The translations under genes and the position numbers were made by a program. Shown in pieces: positions 30,071 through 40,853 of a stretch of 64,000 bases of DNA. Numbering within the stretch: position 1 is the first letter of the stretch; the number at the start of each line of letters is the position of its first letter. Origin of the DNA: Pseudomonadota bacterium (GTDB lineage: Bacteria > Desulfobacterota > Desulfarculia > Adiutricales > JAGVGV01); NCBI GenBank assembly GCA_043806915.1, contig JAZDGM010000020.1:21690-85689 (forward strand), read 5' to 3'. The notes below the pieces were generated by a model that was not told the origin of the DNA, did no database searches, and saw nothing but the letters and a program-made list of their open reading frames with translations.

Positions 30071-30281
30071 GTAGCTTTACTCCGTTTTCGGTCTTTATTT
30101 CCGGGCCGGGCGGGGGCCCGGTCCGGTGTTTTGTAGGTCTTACTTAACTGGTTAAGGCCGGGACCCGGCCTTGTCAAGTTTTTTCCATGGCCCGGGGTCG
30201 ACCGCGGACGAAATCGACGGCCCGCCAGGCCGTCGTGGCGCGAGCAAGAACCCGGGGGGAAGGGAATCGCGGTCCCCTTGG

Positions 30282-30875
30282 TTATTCCTGGACGACCGAG
30301 GCCTTGAGGATGACCACCGGCTCCTTCGGAACGTCCTGGTAGTGGCCCGTGGAAGTGGTGGCGACGGCCTTGATCTTGTCGACCACGTCCTTGCCTTCCA
30401 CTACTTTTCCGAACACGGCGTATCCCCAGCCCTGGGGGGTTTTATTCTTGTGATTCAGGAATTTGTTGTCCGCGACATTGATGAAGAACTGGCTGGTGGC
30501 CGAGTGAGGGTCGCCGGTCCTGGCCATGGCCAGGCTATAGGGTTCGTTTTCCAAGCCGTTGTCGGCCTCGTTTTTTATCGCCTCCGCGGCGGCCTTGGGC
30601 GTCATGGTTTTGTCCAGGCCCCCGCCCTGAATCATGAATCCGTTGATGACCCGATGGAAGATGGTGCCGTCGTAGGTCCCGTTTTTTACGTAAGCCATGA
30701 AGTTATCCACCGTCAGGGGCGCTTTTTCCCTGTTCAGTTCAACGGTGATGTCCCCCATGCTGGTTTCGAGTTTGATCAAGACAAGACTCCTTTCCGCCCA
30801 GGCCGGCGGCCGGGCGACGAGATTTAATAAAAGAACAAGGCCGGCCGCGGCCAGCCCCCGCCAGAAAAGGCCCAT
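30282..30875 (-). CDS. cyclophilin-type peptidyl-prolyl isomerase with signal peptide
   Basis: FHRVINGFMIQGGG, AMART, SATSQFFIN, GYAVFGKV; SD GGAGGAGG. Confidence 0.93.
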   Translation of the reverse strand: MGLFWRGLAAAGLVLLLNLVARPPAWAERSLVLIKLETSMGDITVELNREKAPLTVDNFMAYVKNGTYDGTIFHRVINGFMIQGGGLDKTMTPKAAAEAIKNEADNGLENEPYSLAMARTGDPHSATSQFFINVADNKFLNHKNKTPQGWGYAVFGKVVEGKDVVDKIKAVATTSTGHYQDVPKEPVVILKASVVQE

Positions 30876-31243
30876 GGTGGTTCCTCCTCCGTCATTTATG
30901 TTGGGCGACGAATTCCCGCGACAGGGAAAACGTCGCCTTGGTCCCGGGGAGTTTAACAAATAGCGGGTGGGGGAGTAAACCCCAAAAGACCAAATGACTC
31001 TCAAGGAATAATATACATTAATCGGTTGAAAACCACCGCCCTCCCCGGGAAGGGCGTCCCCGGGCCTTGGACTTCAACCCTTGACACGGCCCTTGCTCCA
31101 AATTACATTTAGCTGAAGTTCCAATTTGTTCAAGGACAAGTAGCTGGTTGTTTGGCGTGCCCGCCGCTCGCCCGAATGGGCGTCTGGCCCCGTCATTTTT
31201 TCCCTGAAGGCCTTCGGGAAACCCGAGGCGGAAAGGAGTTGGA

Positions 31244-32935
31244 ATGCCGATGGGATTGATTTGGAGGGAAAGTCTCTTTTTCCGCCGGGTTTGGTCGCTT
31301 TTAGTCGGGGCAAGGGCTGTCGCGGCGTTGGCCCTGGCGGCGCTGGTCTTGGCGGGGGGGGCCGTGGCGGAGGGGTCCACCGATAAACCCTTGCCCGGCG
31401 AACGCTGGATCACGGCCGACCATGCCAAGTTCGAGGCGCTTCGCCAGGAGTTCGTTTCCGGCCCGGAGGTTACCAAGGCCTGCCTTTCGTGCCATACCGA
31501 GGCGGCCGCGCAGTTCATGAAAACCATTCACTGGACCTGGATTTGCCCCAAGGCCCCCCCGGAGGCCAGGCTGGGCAAGGCCGGTTTCGCCATCAACAAT
31601 TTTTGCATCGGCCAGCCCGGCAATGAACCTCGCTGCACGTCCTGTCACGCCGGTTACGGGTACAAGGATAAGAATTTCGATTTCACGGATCAAACGAAGG
31701 TGGACTGCCTGGTCTGCCACGAGCAGACCGGAACATACGAAAAATTTCCCGCCGGCGCGGGTAATCCCGCGGCCAAGCCCACGTTTTTTCCCGGTGAAGG
31801 CAAGACCTACAACCCGCCGGACTGGAACAAGGCGGCCCAGAGCGTGGCCAGGCCCACGCGGCGCAACTGCGGGACTTGTCACTTTTTCGGGGGCGGCGGA
31901 GACGGCGTGAAGCACGGGGACTTGGATTCGTCAATGTTTAATCCCGACCATGAGTTGGATGTCCACATGGATGCCAAGGGGCCCAATTTCACCTGTGTTC
32001 GCTGTCACACCACCGTGGTGCATAAAATAAGCGGGCGTTGCTACAAGACGCCGGCGGTGGAAAAACACGTCAGCCTGGTGGAAGACGACCAGACCGCGAG
32101 GATCACCTGTGTTTCCTGTCATACCGCGACCCCCCACAAGACCGAGGCCAAACTGAATGATCATGTCGATCGAGTATCCTGCCAGGCCTGTCATATCCCA
32201 ACCTTCGCCCGGGTCAAGCCGACCAAGATGCGCTGGGATTGGTCCACGGCCGGCCGCAAGAATGACAAGGGCAAGCCGCTCGTGGTGGAGGGGCCTCACG
32301 GCAAGCACAAATACGACGGCATGAAGGGCGATTTTACGTGGGAAAAGAACGTGGTTCCCCAATATTTCTGGTTCAACGGCTCCATCGAACACGTCACCGC
32401 CCAGACCAGGATCGATGACTCGGCCCCCGTGGACCTCACCAGGATTCAAGGGCGGGAAGACGACCCCACTGCCAGGATTTTTCCCTTTAAGGTCCATTCC
32501 GGGAAAACCCCGTATGACAAGGGGAACAAGACCATGGTCATTCCCCACCTGTTCGGCCCCAAGGGGTCCGGCGCCTACTGGCAGGATTATGACTGGGAAG
32601 CGGCCATTCGCACGGGCATGGAATACAACGGCCTGCCATATAGCGGCCAATACGGGTTCGTGGAAACCACCTACGCCTTTCAGACCACTCACATGACGGC
32701 GCCCAGGGAAAAAGCCGTGAAGTGCGGGGAATGTCATGTCCGCCAGGGCGGCCGCCTGGCCGGCCTGGAAGGGTTCTACATGCCCGGACGGGATTCCAGC
32801 AAGGCGCTGAACGTCATCGGTTGGTTGGGCGTGCTGGGCGCCCTGGTCGGAGTGTTTTTCCACGGAGCGGGGCGGGTCGTCGCCGGCCGCCGGCGGAAGA
32901 ATAAGGGGCAAGGAGGCGGCCATGAGTCCAAATGA
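31244..32935 (+). CDS. octaheme c-type cytochrome, tetrathionate reductase (Otr) family
   Basis: 8 CxxCH motifs, TIHWTW, GGGGDGVKHGDLD, C-terminal TM helix. Confidence 0.92.
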   Translation: MPMGLIWRESLFFRRVWSLLVGARAVAALALAALVLAGGAVAEGSTDKPLPGERWITADHAKFEALRQEFVSGPEVTKACLSCHTEAAAQFMKTIHWTWICPKAPPEARLGKAGFAINNFCIGQPGNEPRCTSCHAGYGYKDKNFDFTDQTKVDCLVCHEQTGTYEKFPAGAGNPAAKPTFFPGEGKTYNPPDWNKAAQSVARPTRRNCGTCHFFGGGGDGVKHGDLDSSMFNPDHELDVHMDAKGPNFTCVRCHTTVVHKISGRCYKTPAVEKHVSLVEDDQTARITCVSCHTATPHKTEAKLNDHVDRVSCQACHIPTFARVKPTKMRWDWSTAGRKNDKGKPLVVEGPHGKHKYDGMKGDFTWEKNVVPQYFWFNGSIEHVTAQTRIDDSAPVDLTRIQGREDDPTARIFPFKVHSGKTPYDKGNKTMVIPHLFGPKGSGAYWQDYDWEAAIRTGMEYNGLPYSGQYGFVETTYAFQTTHMTAPREKAVKCGECHVRQGGRLAGLEGFYMPGRDSSKALNVIGWLGVLGALVGVFFHGAGRVVAGRRRKNKGQGGGHESK

Positions 32936-33557
32936 AAGCATGACGAAAATTTATCTCTATAAAAGATTCGAACGCTTTTGGCACTGGGTCCAAGCCTTGT
33001 TGGTCATTATTTTGATAGTCACCGGGTTTGAAATTCACGGCGCCTGGAGGCTTTTCGGGTTCGAGGAGGCGGTTGAAATCCACGGCTGGTGCGGTTGGGC
33101 CTGGATTATTCTTTACGCCTTCATCATTTTCTGGTTGTTTACCACCGGCGAGTGGAAGCAATACATCCCCACCACCAAAAAATTGCTTTCCATGGTCGGG
33201 TACTATTCCCTGGGCATTTTCAAGGGCGACCCGCACCCGATGCCCAAAAGCGAACGGATCAAGCACAACCCCTTGCAGCGCTTGACCTATCTCGGCATCG
33301 CCTCGGTGATAATACCCCTCCAGATGATCACCGGGGCCCTGTACTACAATTACAACCACTGGATATCCTGGGACTGGCGGGCCTTGACCCTGGGGTCCAT
33401 GGCTTTCATCCACACGGCCGGCGCCTTCGCCATCTTCATTTTTCTGATCGTGCACGTTTACATGACCACGACGGGGCATGGCGTGTCGGCGCATATCAAG
33501 GCCATGATCACCGGCTGGGAGGAAGTGCCGGAAACCGAAACCCCGGCCTCCGAATAA
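32922..33557 (+). CDS. cytochrome b subunit (membrane partner of the octaheme cytochrome)
   Basis: ERFWHW, TGFEIH, KHNPLQ, HVYMTTTG; overlaps upstream gene. Confidence 0.9.
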   Translation: MSPNESMTKIYLYKRFERFWHWVQALLVIILIVTGFEIHGAWRLFGFEEAVEIHGWCGWAWIILYAFIIFWLFTTGEWKQYIPTTKKLLSMVGYYSLGIFKGDPHPMPKSERIKHNPLQRLTYLGIASVIIPLQMITGALYYNYNHWISWDWRALTLGSMAFIHTAGAFAIFIFLIVHVYMTTTGHGVSAHIKAMITGWEEVPETETPASE

Positions 33558-33823
33558 ATCCACGCCCCCCGACGACGGCCGGCGCCCCGGCCGTCGTCGA
33601 GGACGAAGCCCCCGGGTCGGGCCATATACCGGAAGTCTTTCCCTTCAACCGCCGCATTCGTCCCCGGGAATGGCGGTTTATGGTGCACGGCTTCCCCAGG
33701 CGTGTTAAGATTACGGGATTGGGGAGCGAGAGTACTGTTATAAGGGAAGCATTTCAGGCGCGACGCTTCCTGGAAGCGATGGCGCCGTATAATTCAGGCC
33801 GTGTCGGGGGGTAATATCGAGAA

Positions 33824-34939
33824 ATGAACTGGTTGCCACGCCGAGGGCTTCGCGCTTTTGTCCGTCGGGTCCCCCGGCTTCTTATGAATCCCCGGGAAGA
33901 ACCGGGGCTGGAAAAAGTCGAGGAGCCCTGGTTCGGCCTCTCCAACGCCCTGTTCCTGTGCGGGGCCGTCTTCCGGTTGTTCCTGGCGTGGTCCTGGGCC
34001 CTGGCGGGGCTTATCCCGGCCGCGGGCCTGGGGTTGCTGGGCGCCGGCGTGAATGGGTTCTGTCTCCATCTCAATATAAAAAGGCCCGCTCGCGGCCGGG
34101 CGATCTTCCTGGCCCTGCTGGAAGCTTTTTTCTTCATGACGCTGGTGTTCCTGCTTTTGGGCTGGACCCCGGGTTTTTTAGTTCCGGCCCTCTCGGTCCC
34201 GGCCTTGACCTATTCCTGGCCCGGCAAGACTTTTCGTTTCCGCCTGACGGCGATCCTGGTCGAGGTCCTTGGATTATCCGTGTTTTTCGCGACCGCGGAC
34301 GGCGGCGCCTGGTCCGGGCCCATCGGGCGGGTGGATGTCATCGGTTGTCTCGGCGCCGCGGCGTTGCTGTTGGTCTATTTCGAGGCGGCCCGGCGACGGG
34401 AAAAGGCCCGGCGGGAGGAATTGAAGACGACCGACGTCTCCACCGGCGTTTTGAACCGTCAGGGGATTTTGGAGATAATCGAAGCCGAGCGGGAGCGGTT
34501 CGCCCTGGAGGGGCGACCCTTCATCCTGGCCGTGGCCGGCATTGACGATTTTCGTTTCATTAACGAGAGTTACGGCCTACAAGGCGGTGACTTCGCCTTG
34601 ACGGCCGCCGCCCGCATGCTGCGCGCGGGCCTACGCAAGACCGACCGCCTGGCCCGTTGGGGAGGCGCCGGGTTTCTTCTTTTTCTACCCGGAACATCCC
34701 TCGCCGAAGGGCGCAAGACCGCGGAAAGGCTGCAAGCCGACATCGCTTCCCGTTCAAGCTTCTGGAAGGGGTGGGAGATCAGGTTCACCTTGACCTTCGG
34801 CTTGGCCGTTCACGACCGCCGAACTGAACTGGACGTCCTGGTTCGGGAAGCGGAAACGGCCTTCGACGCGGCCCGGGCGCGGGGAAAAAACCAGGTCGGC
34901 GAGTCGGTGTCGGCGGAGGGCATGCGGACGGTCGAGTGA
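33824..34939 (+). CDS. membrane GGDEF-domain protein with degenerate active site
   Basis: TM region, TDVSTGVLNR, RKTD..RWGGAGF, GKNQV. Confidence 0.85.
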   Translation: MNWLPRRGLRAFVRRVPRLLMNPREEPGLEKVEEPWFGLSNALFLCGAVFRLFLAWSWALAGLIPAAGLGLLGAGVNGFCLHLNIKRPARGRAIFLALLEAFFFMTLVFLLLGWTPGFLVPALSVPALTYSWPGKTFRFRLTAILVEVLGLSVFFATADGGAWSGPIGRVDVIGCLGAAALLLVYFEAARRREKARREELKTTDVSTGVLNRQGILEIIEAERERFALEGRPFILAVAGIDDFRFINESYGLQGGDFALTAAARMLRAGLRKTDRLARWGGAGFLLFLPGTSLAEGRKTAERLQADIASRSSFWKGWEIRFTLTFGLAVHDRRTELDVLVREAETAFDAARARGKNQVGESVSAEGMRTVE

Positions 34940-34959
34940 CCGGGCCGCCGCTTGGTTCG

Positions 34960-35817
34960 TTATCGCGGCCAGGTCGGTTGGGGCGCCCGGAACCGGCCGC
35001 CCAGTCTATATCTGGACCCGGGGTAGATCAGCCGGCTGCATGTCACGGCCACGCCCTGGGACCAAGTTCGTCGGCGCAGGAGCAGGCACGGCTCCCCCAC
35101 CTGTATTTCCAATAGCTTTCGCGTGAATTTATCCGGGGATATGGCTTCAATGACGTGCTCGGCCTCGTCGAGCGGGGCTGTTTTCTGGAGATACTGGTTG
35201 GGGGTGATTACCGTGAAGTCTTGGTCCAGGTATCCGGGCGCGGCGGCCGGATTGACGAACCGGTCGGAAAGTTGGACCGGCCGGCCGTTGTCCTTGTGGA
35301 CGATGATGGAATGATAAACCTGGGCGCCCGGTTCCAGCCCCAGGGCCCTGGCCTGGTCCGGCGGGGCTTTTTCCTCGGCCAGAAGGTGGACGTCGGCGTC
35401 GTGGACGCCGCCCCATTGGGCGATTTCATCGGAAATGCTCCTGATTTCCAACAGGGCGGCCTGGGGCTTCCTTTGCGTCACAAAGGTCCCGACCCCTTGA
35501 ATCCTGACCAGGCGGCCCTCGCCGGTCAGTTCCCGGAGCGCCCGGTTGGCCGTCATTCGGGATACTCCCAATATTTTCACCAGTTGGTTTTCCGAGGGCG
35601 CCCGTGAATCCGGGGGCCACGCGCCGGATTCGATGTGTTCGAGAATGTAGTTTTTGACCATTTGATAAAGGGGCCCCGGTGGAAAACCGGGTTGGAATCC
35701 ATCCGGCGCCGCCGGAAGACCTCCGAAAGCGAGGGGTTGGGAGGGGCTTGCCCCGAACCCGGTCTCCGGGAGCGGGGACCGGTCCTCTTCCCGGTTATTT
35801 TTGTCTTTTCGCCGCAT
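34960..35817 (-). CDS. hutC: histidine utilization repressor (GntR/UTRA)
   Basis: PSENQL, VSRMTANRAL, QGVGTFV, QDFTVITPNQYL, RRRTWS; exact start uncertain. Confidence 0.92.
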   Translation of the reverse strand: MRRKDKNNREEDRSPLPETGFGASPSQPLAFGGLPAAPDGFQPGFPPGPLYQMVKNYILEHIESGAWPPDSRAPSENQLVKILGVSRMTANRALRELTGEGRLVRIQGVGTFVTQRKPQAALLEIRSISDEIAQWGGVHDADVHLLAEEKAPPDQARALGLEPGAQVYHSIIVHKDNGRPVQLSDRFVNPAAAPGYLDQDFTVITPNQYLQKTAPLDEAEHVIEAISPDKFTRKLLEIQVGEPCLLLRRRTWSQGVAVTCSRLIYPGSRYRLGGRFRAPQPTWPR

Positions 35818-35904
35818 TTGTTATTTCTCCGGCCCCGCCCGCCGGGCCTTGGGGATTCAGGTTCAAGCGCCGGCGACATTGTGTTCGCGCCGGCATGTTT
35901 TGTC

Positions 35905-35950
35905 TTGACAGTCTAGGCGGCGGTTGTATATAAAAGTATATACATATATA
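35905..35950 (+). promoter_or_regulatory. promoter with HutC-like operators
   Basis: TTGACA then TTGTATATAAAAGTATATACATA, two imperfect TGTA-N2-TACA boxes between hutC and the divergent operon. Confidence 0.6.
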
Positions 35951-36081
35951 TCGTTCCTGGTCAACAAAAATAAAGCCCGCCAACCCGGGCGTTATCGGGC
36001 GAGACAGCCGACTGCTTCAACTGAAAACCAGGGCGGCCGGGACCTCCCGGGGCGCGCCGAATCTTATTTCTAGGCGGGAAT

Positions 36082-36711
36082 ATGTCTTTTAGGGAAATGA
36101 GTCTGGGAAATTTCGTCCGGGACTTGTCCGGAGGGGAACCCGCGCCGGGTGGAGGATGCGCGGCGGCGTTGGCCGGCGGCCTGGCCGCGGCCCTGGTCGC
36201 CATGGTCGCCCGGTTGACCGTGGGGCGGAGGAAATACGCCGAGGTCGGTCCGGAGATGGAGCTGGCGCGGGATAAGGCCGACCGGCTGGCCGAGCGCTTG
36301 CTGAATCTGGTGGACCTCGACGCGGCGTCCTACGGCCGGGTCATGGCGGCCCACGGACTGCCCCGGGATGACGAGGTCCAGCGAGAGCGGCGGCGCCAGG
36401 CCGTGGACGAAGCCCTCAAGGGGGCGGCGGCGCCGCCCCTGGAGACGTTGCGGGCCGCGTTCGAGGCCTTGGAACTGGTCGATATCGTCCTGGAGCGGGG
36501 CAATGCCAACTGCCTGACCGACGCGGCCGCGGCCATGCAGTTGATTCGCGCGGCGGCCCTGGGCGCGTCCTATAACGTCCGGATAAACCTACTCGGGACG
36601 TCCGACGGGCGGTTCAAGGATGCAATCCTGGCCGAGACCGCGTCCCTGGTGGACCGGGTCAAGGCGGAAGTCGACCGGATGGGCGCGAGGGTGGAGCGCG
36701 TCCTGGGCTAG
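36082..36711 (+). CDS. formiminotetrahydrofolate cyclodeaminase (FTCD C-terminal-like)
   Basis: PAPGGGCAAA, MVARLT, GNANCLTD, YNVRINL. Confidence 0.88.
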   Translation: MSFREMSLGNFVRDLSGGEPAPGGGCAAALAGGLAAALVAMVARLTVGRRKYAEVGPEMELARDKADRLAERLLNLVDLDAASYGRVMAAHGLPRDDEVQRERRRQAVDEALKGAAAPPLETLRAAFEALELVDIVLERGNANCLTDAAAAMQLIRAAALGASYNVRINLLGTSDGRFKDAILAETASLVDRVKAEVDRMGARVERVLG

Positions 36712-36726
36712 GCCTGGGGGTGTCGG

Positions 36727-37410
36727 GTGGTCGGTTACTACACGGAAAAACTGTCGGCCGGGCGACTGAAAAAGGTTTATGACCTGGCCCCGCCCAGGGT
36801 CAGGCAGTATCTCGAGGCCGAGATCGAGTTCGTCCTGGCCGGGATCGGACCCGGGGACCGGACCCTGGAACTTGGAGCGGGCTACGGCCGGGTCCTGGGC
36901 CGGTTGATCGCCAAGACCCCCAGGGTTTACGGCATCGACCTGGCCCTCGACAGCCTGGCCCTGGCGGGCCGTCTCCTTCCCGGCCTAGCCCCGGGGCGGT
37001 TGCTGGTCATGGATGCGGCCGACCTGGCTTTCCGGGACGAGTCCTTCGACAAAGTGGTCTGCGTCCAGAACGGGGCGTCCGCGTTCCACGTGGACCCGGT
37101 TCGCCTCTTCCGCGAGGCGGCTCGGGTGCTCCGGCCCGGGGGATCGGCTTTTTTTTCCAGCTATTCCGCCTCGTTTTGGCCTCACCGTCTCGACTGGTTC
37201 AGGCTTCAATCCCAACATGGCCTGCTGGGGCGGATTGATGAACAGGCCACGGGCGGGGGCGTCATTGTCTGCGAGGACGGATTTCGGGCCGTGACTTTTT
37301 CGCCGGACGATTTCCGGGCCGCGACCGGGTCCCTTGGATTGACCGCGGCCTTGACCGAGGTCGACGGTTCCAGTCTTTTTTGTGAAATCGTTAAAAAGTC
37401 AGCGCCTTAA
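36727..37410 (+). CDS. class I SAM-dependent methyltransferase
   Basis: LELGAGYG, FRDESFD, RVLRPGG. Confidence 0.85.
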   Translation: MVGYYTEKLSAGRLKKVYDLAPPRVRQYLEAEIEFVLAGIGPGDRTLELGAGYGRVLGRLIAKTPRVYGIDLALDSLALAGRLLPGLAPGRLLVMDAADLAFRDESFDKVVCVQNGASAFHVDPVRLFREAARVLRPGGSAFFSSYSASFWPHRLDWFRLQSQHGLLGRIDEQATGGGVIVCEDGFRAVTFSPDDFRAATGSLGLTAALTEVDGSSLFCEIVKKSAP

Positions 37411-37456
37411 TGATCATTAAGGCTGTTGGTTTCCCGGGCGGCGGCCCGGTTTGACC

Positions 37457-38716
37457 ATGAAAGAGGTTTTTGTGCCGGTAAACGAAAAGAGAATCGATTC
37501 CCTGTGGGTCAATGTTCACCTGGCGACCATGACTCCCGGCGCGCCCTATGGCGCCGTGCGGGACGGGGCCGCGGCCGTTTCCGACGGCCGTCTTTTTTTT
37601 GTGGGGGGGAGAAAGGACCTGCCTTCCCGACTGGAGGCCCGGGCCGCAGAGGTTGTGGACGGGCGGGGAGGGTGGATAACCCCGGGATTGGTCGATTGTC
37701 ACACCCATCTTGTCCACGGCGGCAACCGGGCCAAGGAGTTCGAGCTGCGGTTGAATGGCGTTTCGTACGAGGAGATCGCCCGCCGGGGCGGTGGGATCAG
37801 GTCCACCGTGGCGGCCACCCGGGCCGCCGGGGAGGACGAGTTGTTCCGGTCCGCGGCCAGGCGGTTGGGTTCCTTTTTGTCCGAGGGCGTCACCACCATG
37901 GAAATCAAATCCGGATACGGCCTCGACCTGGAAACGGAGTTGAAAATCCTGCGGGTCGCCAAGAAGCTGGGGGAGTCCTTTCCCGTTCGGGTCGTGACGA
38001 CCTATCTCGGCGCCCACGCCTTGCCGCCGGAATATGAAGGCCGGGCCGATGAATACATCGATTTTGTGTGCGACGTGGCCATTCCGGAAATAGCGACCCA
38101 GGGCCTGGCCGAGGCGGTGGACGTCTTTTGCGAAACGATCGGGTTTTCTCCCGCCCAGACCGAACGGGTCTTTCAGGCGGCCCAGGGGCGCGGCCTGCGG
38201 GTCAAGCTCCACGCCGAGCAACTCTCGGACAGCAATGGCGCCGCCTTGGCGGCCAGGTACGGGGCCTTGTCGGCGGACCATCTGGAGCACCTGTCCGAGG
38301 ACGGGGTTCGGGCCTTGGTCCGGGCGGGGACCGTCGCGGTGCTACTCCCCGGGGCGTTTTATTTCCTGCGGGAAACAAAGACGCCGCCGATTCAGCTATT
38401 AAGGGACCAGGGGGCCTGCCTGGCCCTGTCCACGGACTGCAACCCGGGCACCAGCCCGGCGGGGTCGCTGTTGATGATGATGAATATGGGGGCCGTGCTC
38501 TTTCGTTTGACGCCCGAGGAATGCCTGGCCGCGGTCACGCGCGGCGCGGCCCGGGCCCTGGGCCTGGCGGACCGGATCGGGACCCTGGAACCGGGCAAGG
38601 AGGCGGATTTCGTTTTATGGGATATCGACGAGCCGGCGGAATTGTCCCATGGCATGGGGTTCAACCCCTTGGCGGCTGCGGTTAAAGGCGGCGTTCGGCG
38701 AGGGCGTTGGCAATAA
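37457..38716 (+). CDS. hutI: imidazolonepropionase
   Basis: [48 protein letters not shown]. Confidence 0.95.
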   Translation: MKEVFVPVNEKRIDSLWVNVHLATMTPGAPYGAVRDGAAAVSDGRLFFVGGRKDLPSRLEARAAEVVDGRGGWITPGLVDCHTHLVHGGNRAKEFELRLNGVSYEEIARRGGGIRSTVAATRAAGEDELFRSAARRLGSFLSEGVTTMEIKSGYGLDLETELKILRVAKKLGESFPVRVVTTYLGAHALPPEYEGRADEYIDFVCDVAIPEIATQGLAEAVDVFCETIGFSPAQTERVFQAAQGRGLRVKLHAEQLSDSNGAALAARYGALSADHLEHLSEDGVRALVRAGTVAVLLPGAFYFLRETKTPPIQLLRDQGACLALSTDCNPGTSPAGSLLMMMNMGAVLFRLTPEECLAAVTRGAARALGLADRIGTLEPGKEADFVLWDIDEPAELSHGMGFNPLAAAVKGGVRRGRWQ

Positions 38717-38745
38717 CAACACGATTGACGACGGAGGTAGGGAAC

Positions 38746-39900
38746 ATGCTGAAAAGGTTTGGTTTCGTCATGGCCGCCCTTGGCGCGGCGGCTTTCTGCC
38801 TGGGCGGCGCGGCCTGGGCCGAGGATACGGTTAAAATCGGCTTTCACGCGCCCTTGACCGGTTTCGCGGCTTCCGACGGGCAGTCCGCGACCACGGGCGC
38901 TCAATTGGCCGTGGAACAGGCCAACGCCGCCGGGGGGATCGACGGCAAGAAGTTTGAGTTGGTGGTCTACGACGATCAGGCCCAGCCGGCCCAGGCCATC
39001 GCCCTGGCCAATAAGCTCATCGGCCAGGACAAGGTCGTGGTCGCCGTGTCCGGAAGTTATTCCGGCCCCACCCGTTCCGCGGCCGGCATTTTCCAGGAAG
39101 CCAAGGTCCCCTATATTTCCGCGTACGGCATCCATCCGGACATTACCCGGGCCGGGGATTACGTCTTCAGGACCTCCTTCCTGGGCGACATCCAGGGAAA
39201 GGCCGGCGCCAAGCTGGCCGGGGAAATCCTGGGGAAGAAGAAGGTCGTCGTGATCACCCTGCAAAACGATTTCGGTCAGTCCCTGGCCGCCGGGTTCAAG
39301 GAGGCCGCCCCGAAGTATGGAATCCAGATTGTCAAGGAATATCAGTATTCCATGAAGGACCGCCAGTTCGGCTCCCTGGCCGCCGCGGTCAAGGCGGACG
39401 AGCCCGAACTGATTTACGCTTCCGGTTACTTTTTCAACGCCGGCCCCCTGGTCAGCCAACTGCGGGCCGCGGGCGTGACGGCCCAGGTTATCGGCCAGGA
39501 AGGGTACGATTCCCAGAAATTCATTGAAATCGCCGGCCCGGCCGCCGAGGGCGTCATTATCACCACCAGCCTCGACCGCGATTCCGACGAGCCCGAGACC
39601 AAGGAATTCATCGCGGCCTTCGAGAAGAAAGCCGGTTACAAGGCCGACATGGTCGCCGCTTCCGGCCACACCGCCGTCATGGTGGTCATCGAAGCCATGA
39701 AAAAGGCCGGGACCGAGGATCGCCAGGCCATCCGGGACGCCATCGCGGCCACCCAACTCAAGGCCAGCACCGGGACCATCAGCTTCAATCAACTGGGCGA
39801 AGTCAAAAAAGCCGTCCAGAACCAAGTGGTCAAGGATGGCGCCTGGCATCGCCATTCCATCATCGACGACGCGGAATTGCTGACTCCCCCGGACAAATAA
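38746..39900 (+). CDS. Liv-type ABC transporter substrate-binding protein
   Basis: signal peptide, VKIG..PLTG, NAAGGIDG, YVFR; SD GGAGG. Confidence 0.9.
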   Translation: MLKRFGFVMAALGAAAFCLGGAAWAEDTVKIGFHAPLTGFAASDGQSATTGAQLAVEQANAAGGIDGKKFELVVYDDQAQPAQAIALANKLIGQDKVVVAVSGSYSGPTRSAAGIFQEAKVPYISAYGIHPDITRAGDYVFRTSFLGDIQGKAGAKLAGEILGKKKVVVITLQNDFGQSLAAGFKEAAPKYGIQIVKEYQYSMKDRQFGSLAAAVKADEPELIYASGYFFNAGPLVSQLRAAGVTAQVIGQEGYDSQKFIEIAGPAAEGVIITTSLDRDSDEPETKEFIAAFEKKAGYKADMVAASGHTAVMVVIEAMKKAGTEDRQAIRDAIAATQLKASTGTISFNQLGEVKKAVQNQVVKDGAWHRHSIIDDAELLTPPDK

Positions 39901-39988
39901 CAACCCGCTCGACCCGCCGGCGCCTCCCCCGGGTGCCGGCTCGGACCCAGCTCCCGTAAAAAATCCGAGTGGGGAAAGAGAGCCGGTA

Positions 39989-40849
39989 GTGCTGCAACTG
40001 GAACTGATCGTTCAAGGTTTAATTCACGGAAGCATGTACGCCATCATCGCCGTGGGGCTGACCCTGGTGTACGGCCTGTTGAGAATTCTCCACGTGGCCC
40101 ACGCCGGCCTTTTCGCCCTGGGCGGATATCTGGGCCTGATCATCACCAACGCCTCGGGCAGCCTGATCCTGGCCGCGCCCGTTTCGGCCGCGGCGGTGGG
40201 GTTCCTGGGCATGCTGATCTACCGGCTGTGCTATCAGCCGATCCTCGACCGCCCTCCGTACGTGGCCCTGATCGCCTCCATCGGCCTTTTCATCGCCATG
40301 GAGGAAATTTTTCGATTGATTTTCGGTCCGTACGGCCTGACCTACCTTCACCCGCCCCTACAGTCGTATTTACGGTTGGGCCCAATAAACATTAGGTCCG
40401 CCGAGGCGGTCATGGCCGCGGTCAGCGTGACCCTGTTGGGCGGTCTGTCCTTCCTGGCCCGGAACACGAGGCTGGGGACGGCCTGGCGGGCCACGGTGGA
40501 CGACCCCCAGATGGCCGCTTCCTTCGGCGTGGACGCCATCAAGGTCCGGTATCTCAATTTTTTCATCGGCTCGGCCCTGGCCGCCGTGGGCGGGATTTTC
40601 GTCTCCATTCTCAGCAACCTGGTCGAGCCGACCATGGGGGGCGTGCCAAGTTACAAGGCCCTGGCCATTATCGTCCTGGGAGGCCTGGGGGACGTCCGGG
40701 GGACCCTGATAGCTTCCCTGGTCCTGGGCGTGGTGGAGGCGTTCGGCACGATCTACCTGGGCGGGGTCATGGATCGGGACGCCATTGCCTTCGCCTTTCT
40801 GATTCTGGTGCTGATGATCCGTCCCCAGGGCTTGTTCGGGAAGAGGTGA
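39989..40849 (+). CDS. Liv-type ABC permease (LivH-like)
   Basis: AVGLTLVYG, HAG, IIVLGGLG, RPQGLFG. Confidence 0.9.
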   Translation: MLQLELIVQGLIHGSMYAIIAVGLTLVYGLLRILHVAHAGLFALGGYLGLIITNASGSLILAAPVSAAAVGFLGMLIYRLCYQPILDRPPYVALIASIGLFIAMEEIFRLIFGPYGLTYLHPPLQSYLRLGPINIRSAEAVMAAVSVTLLGGLSFLARNTRLGTAWRATVDDPQMAASFGVDAIKVRYLNFFIGSALAAVGGIFVSILSNLVEPTMGGVPSYKALAIIVLGGLGDVRGTLIASLVLGVVEAFGTIYLGGVMDRDAIAFAFLILVLMIRPQGLFGKR

Positions 40850-40853
40850 AGCA

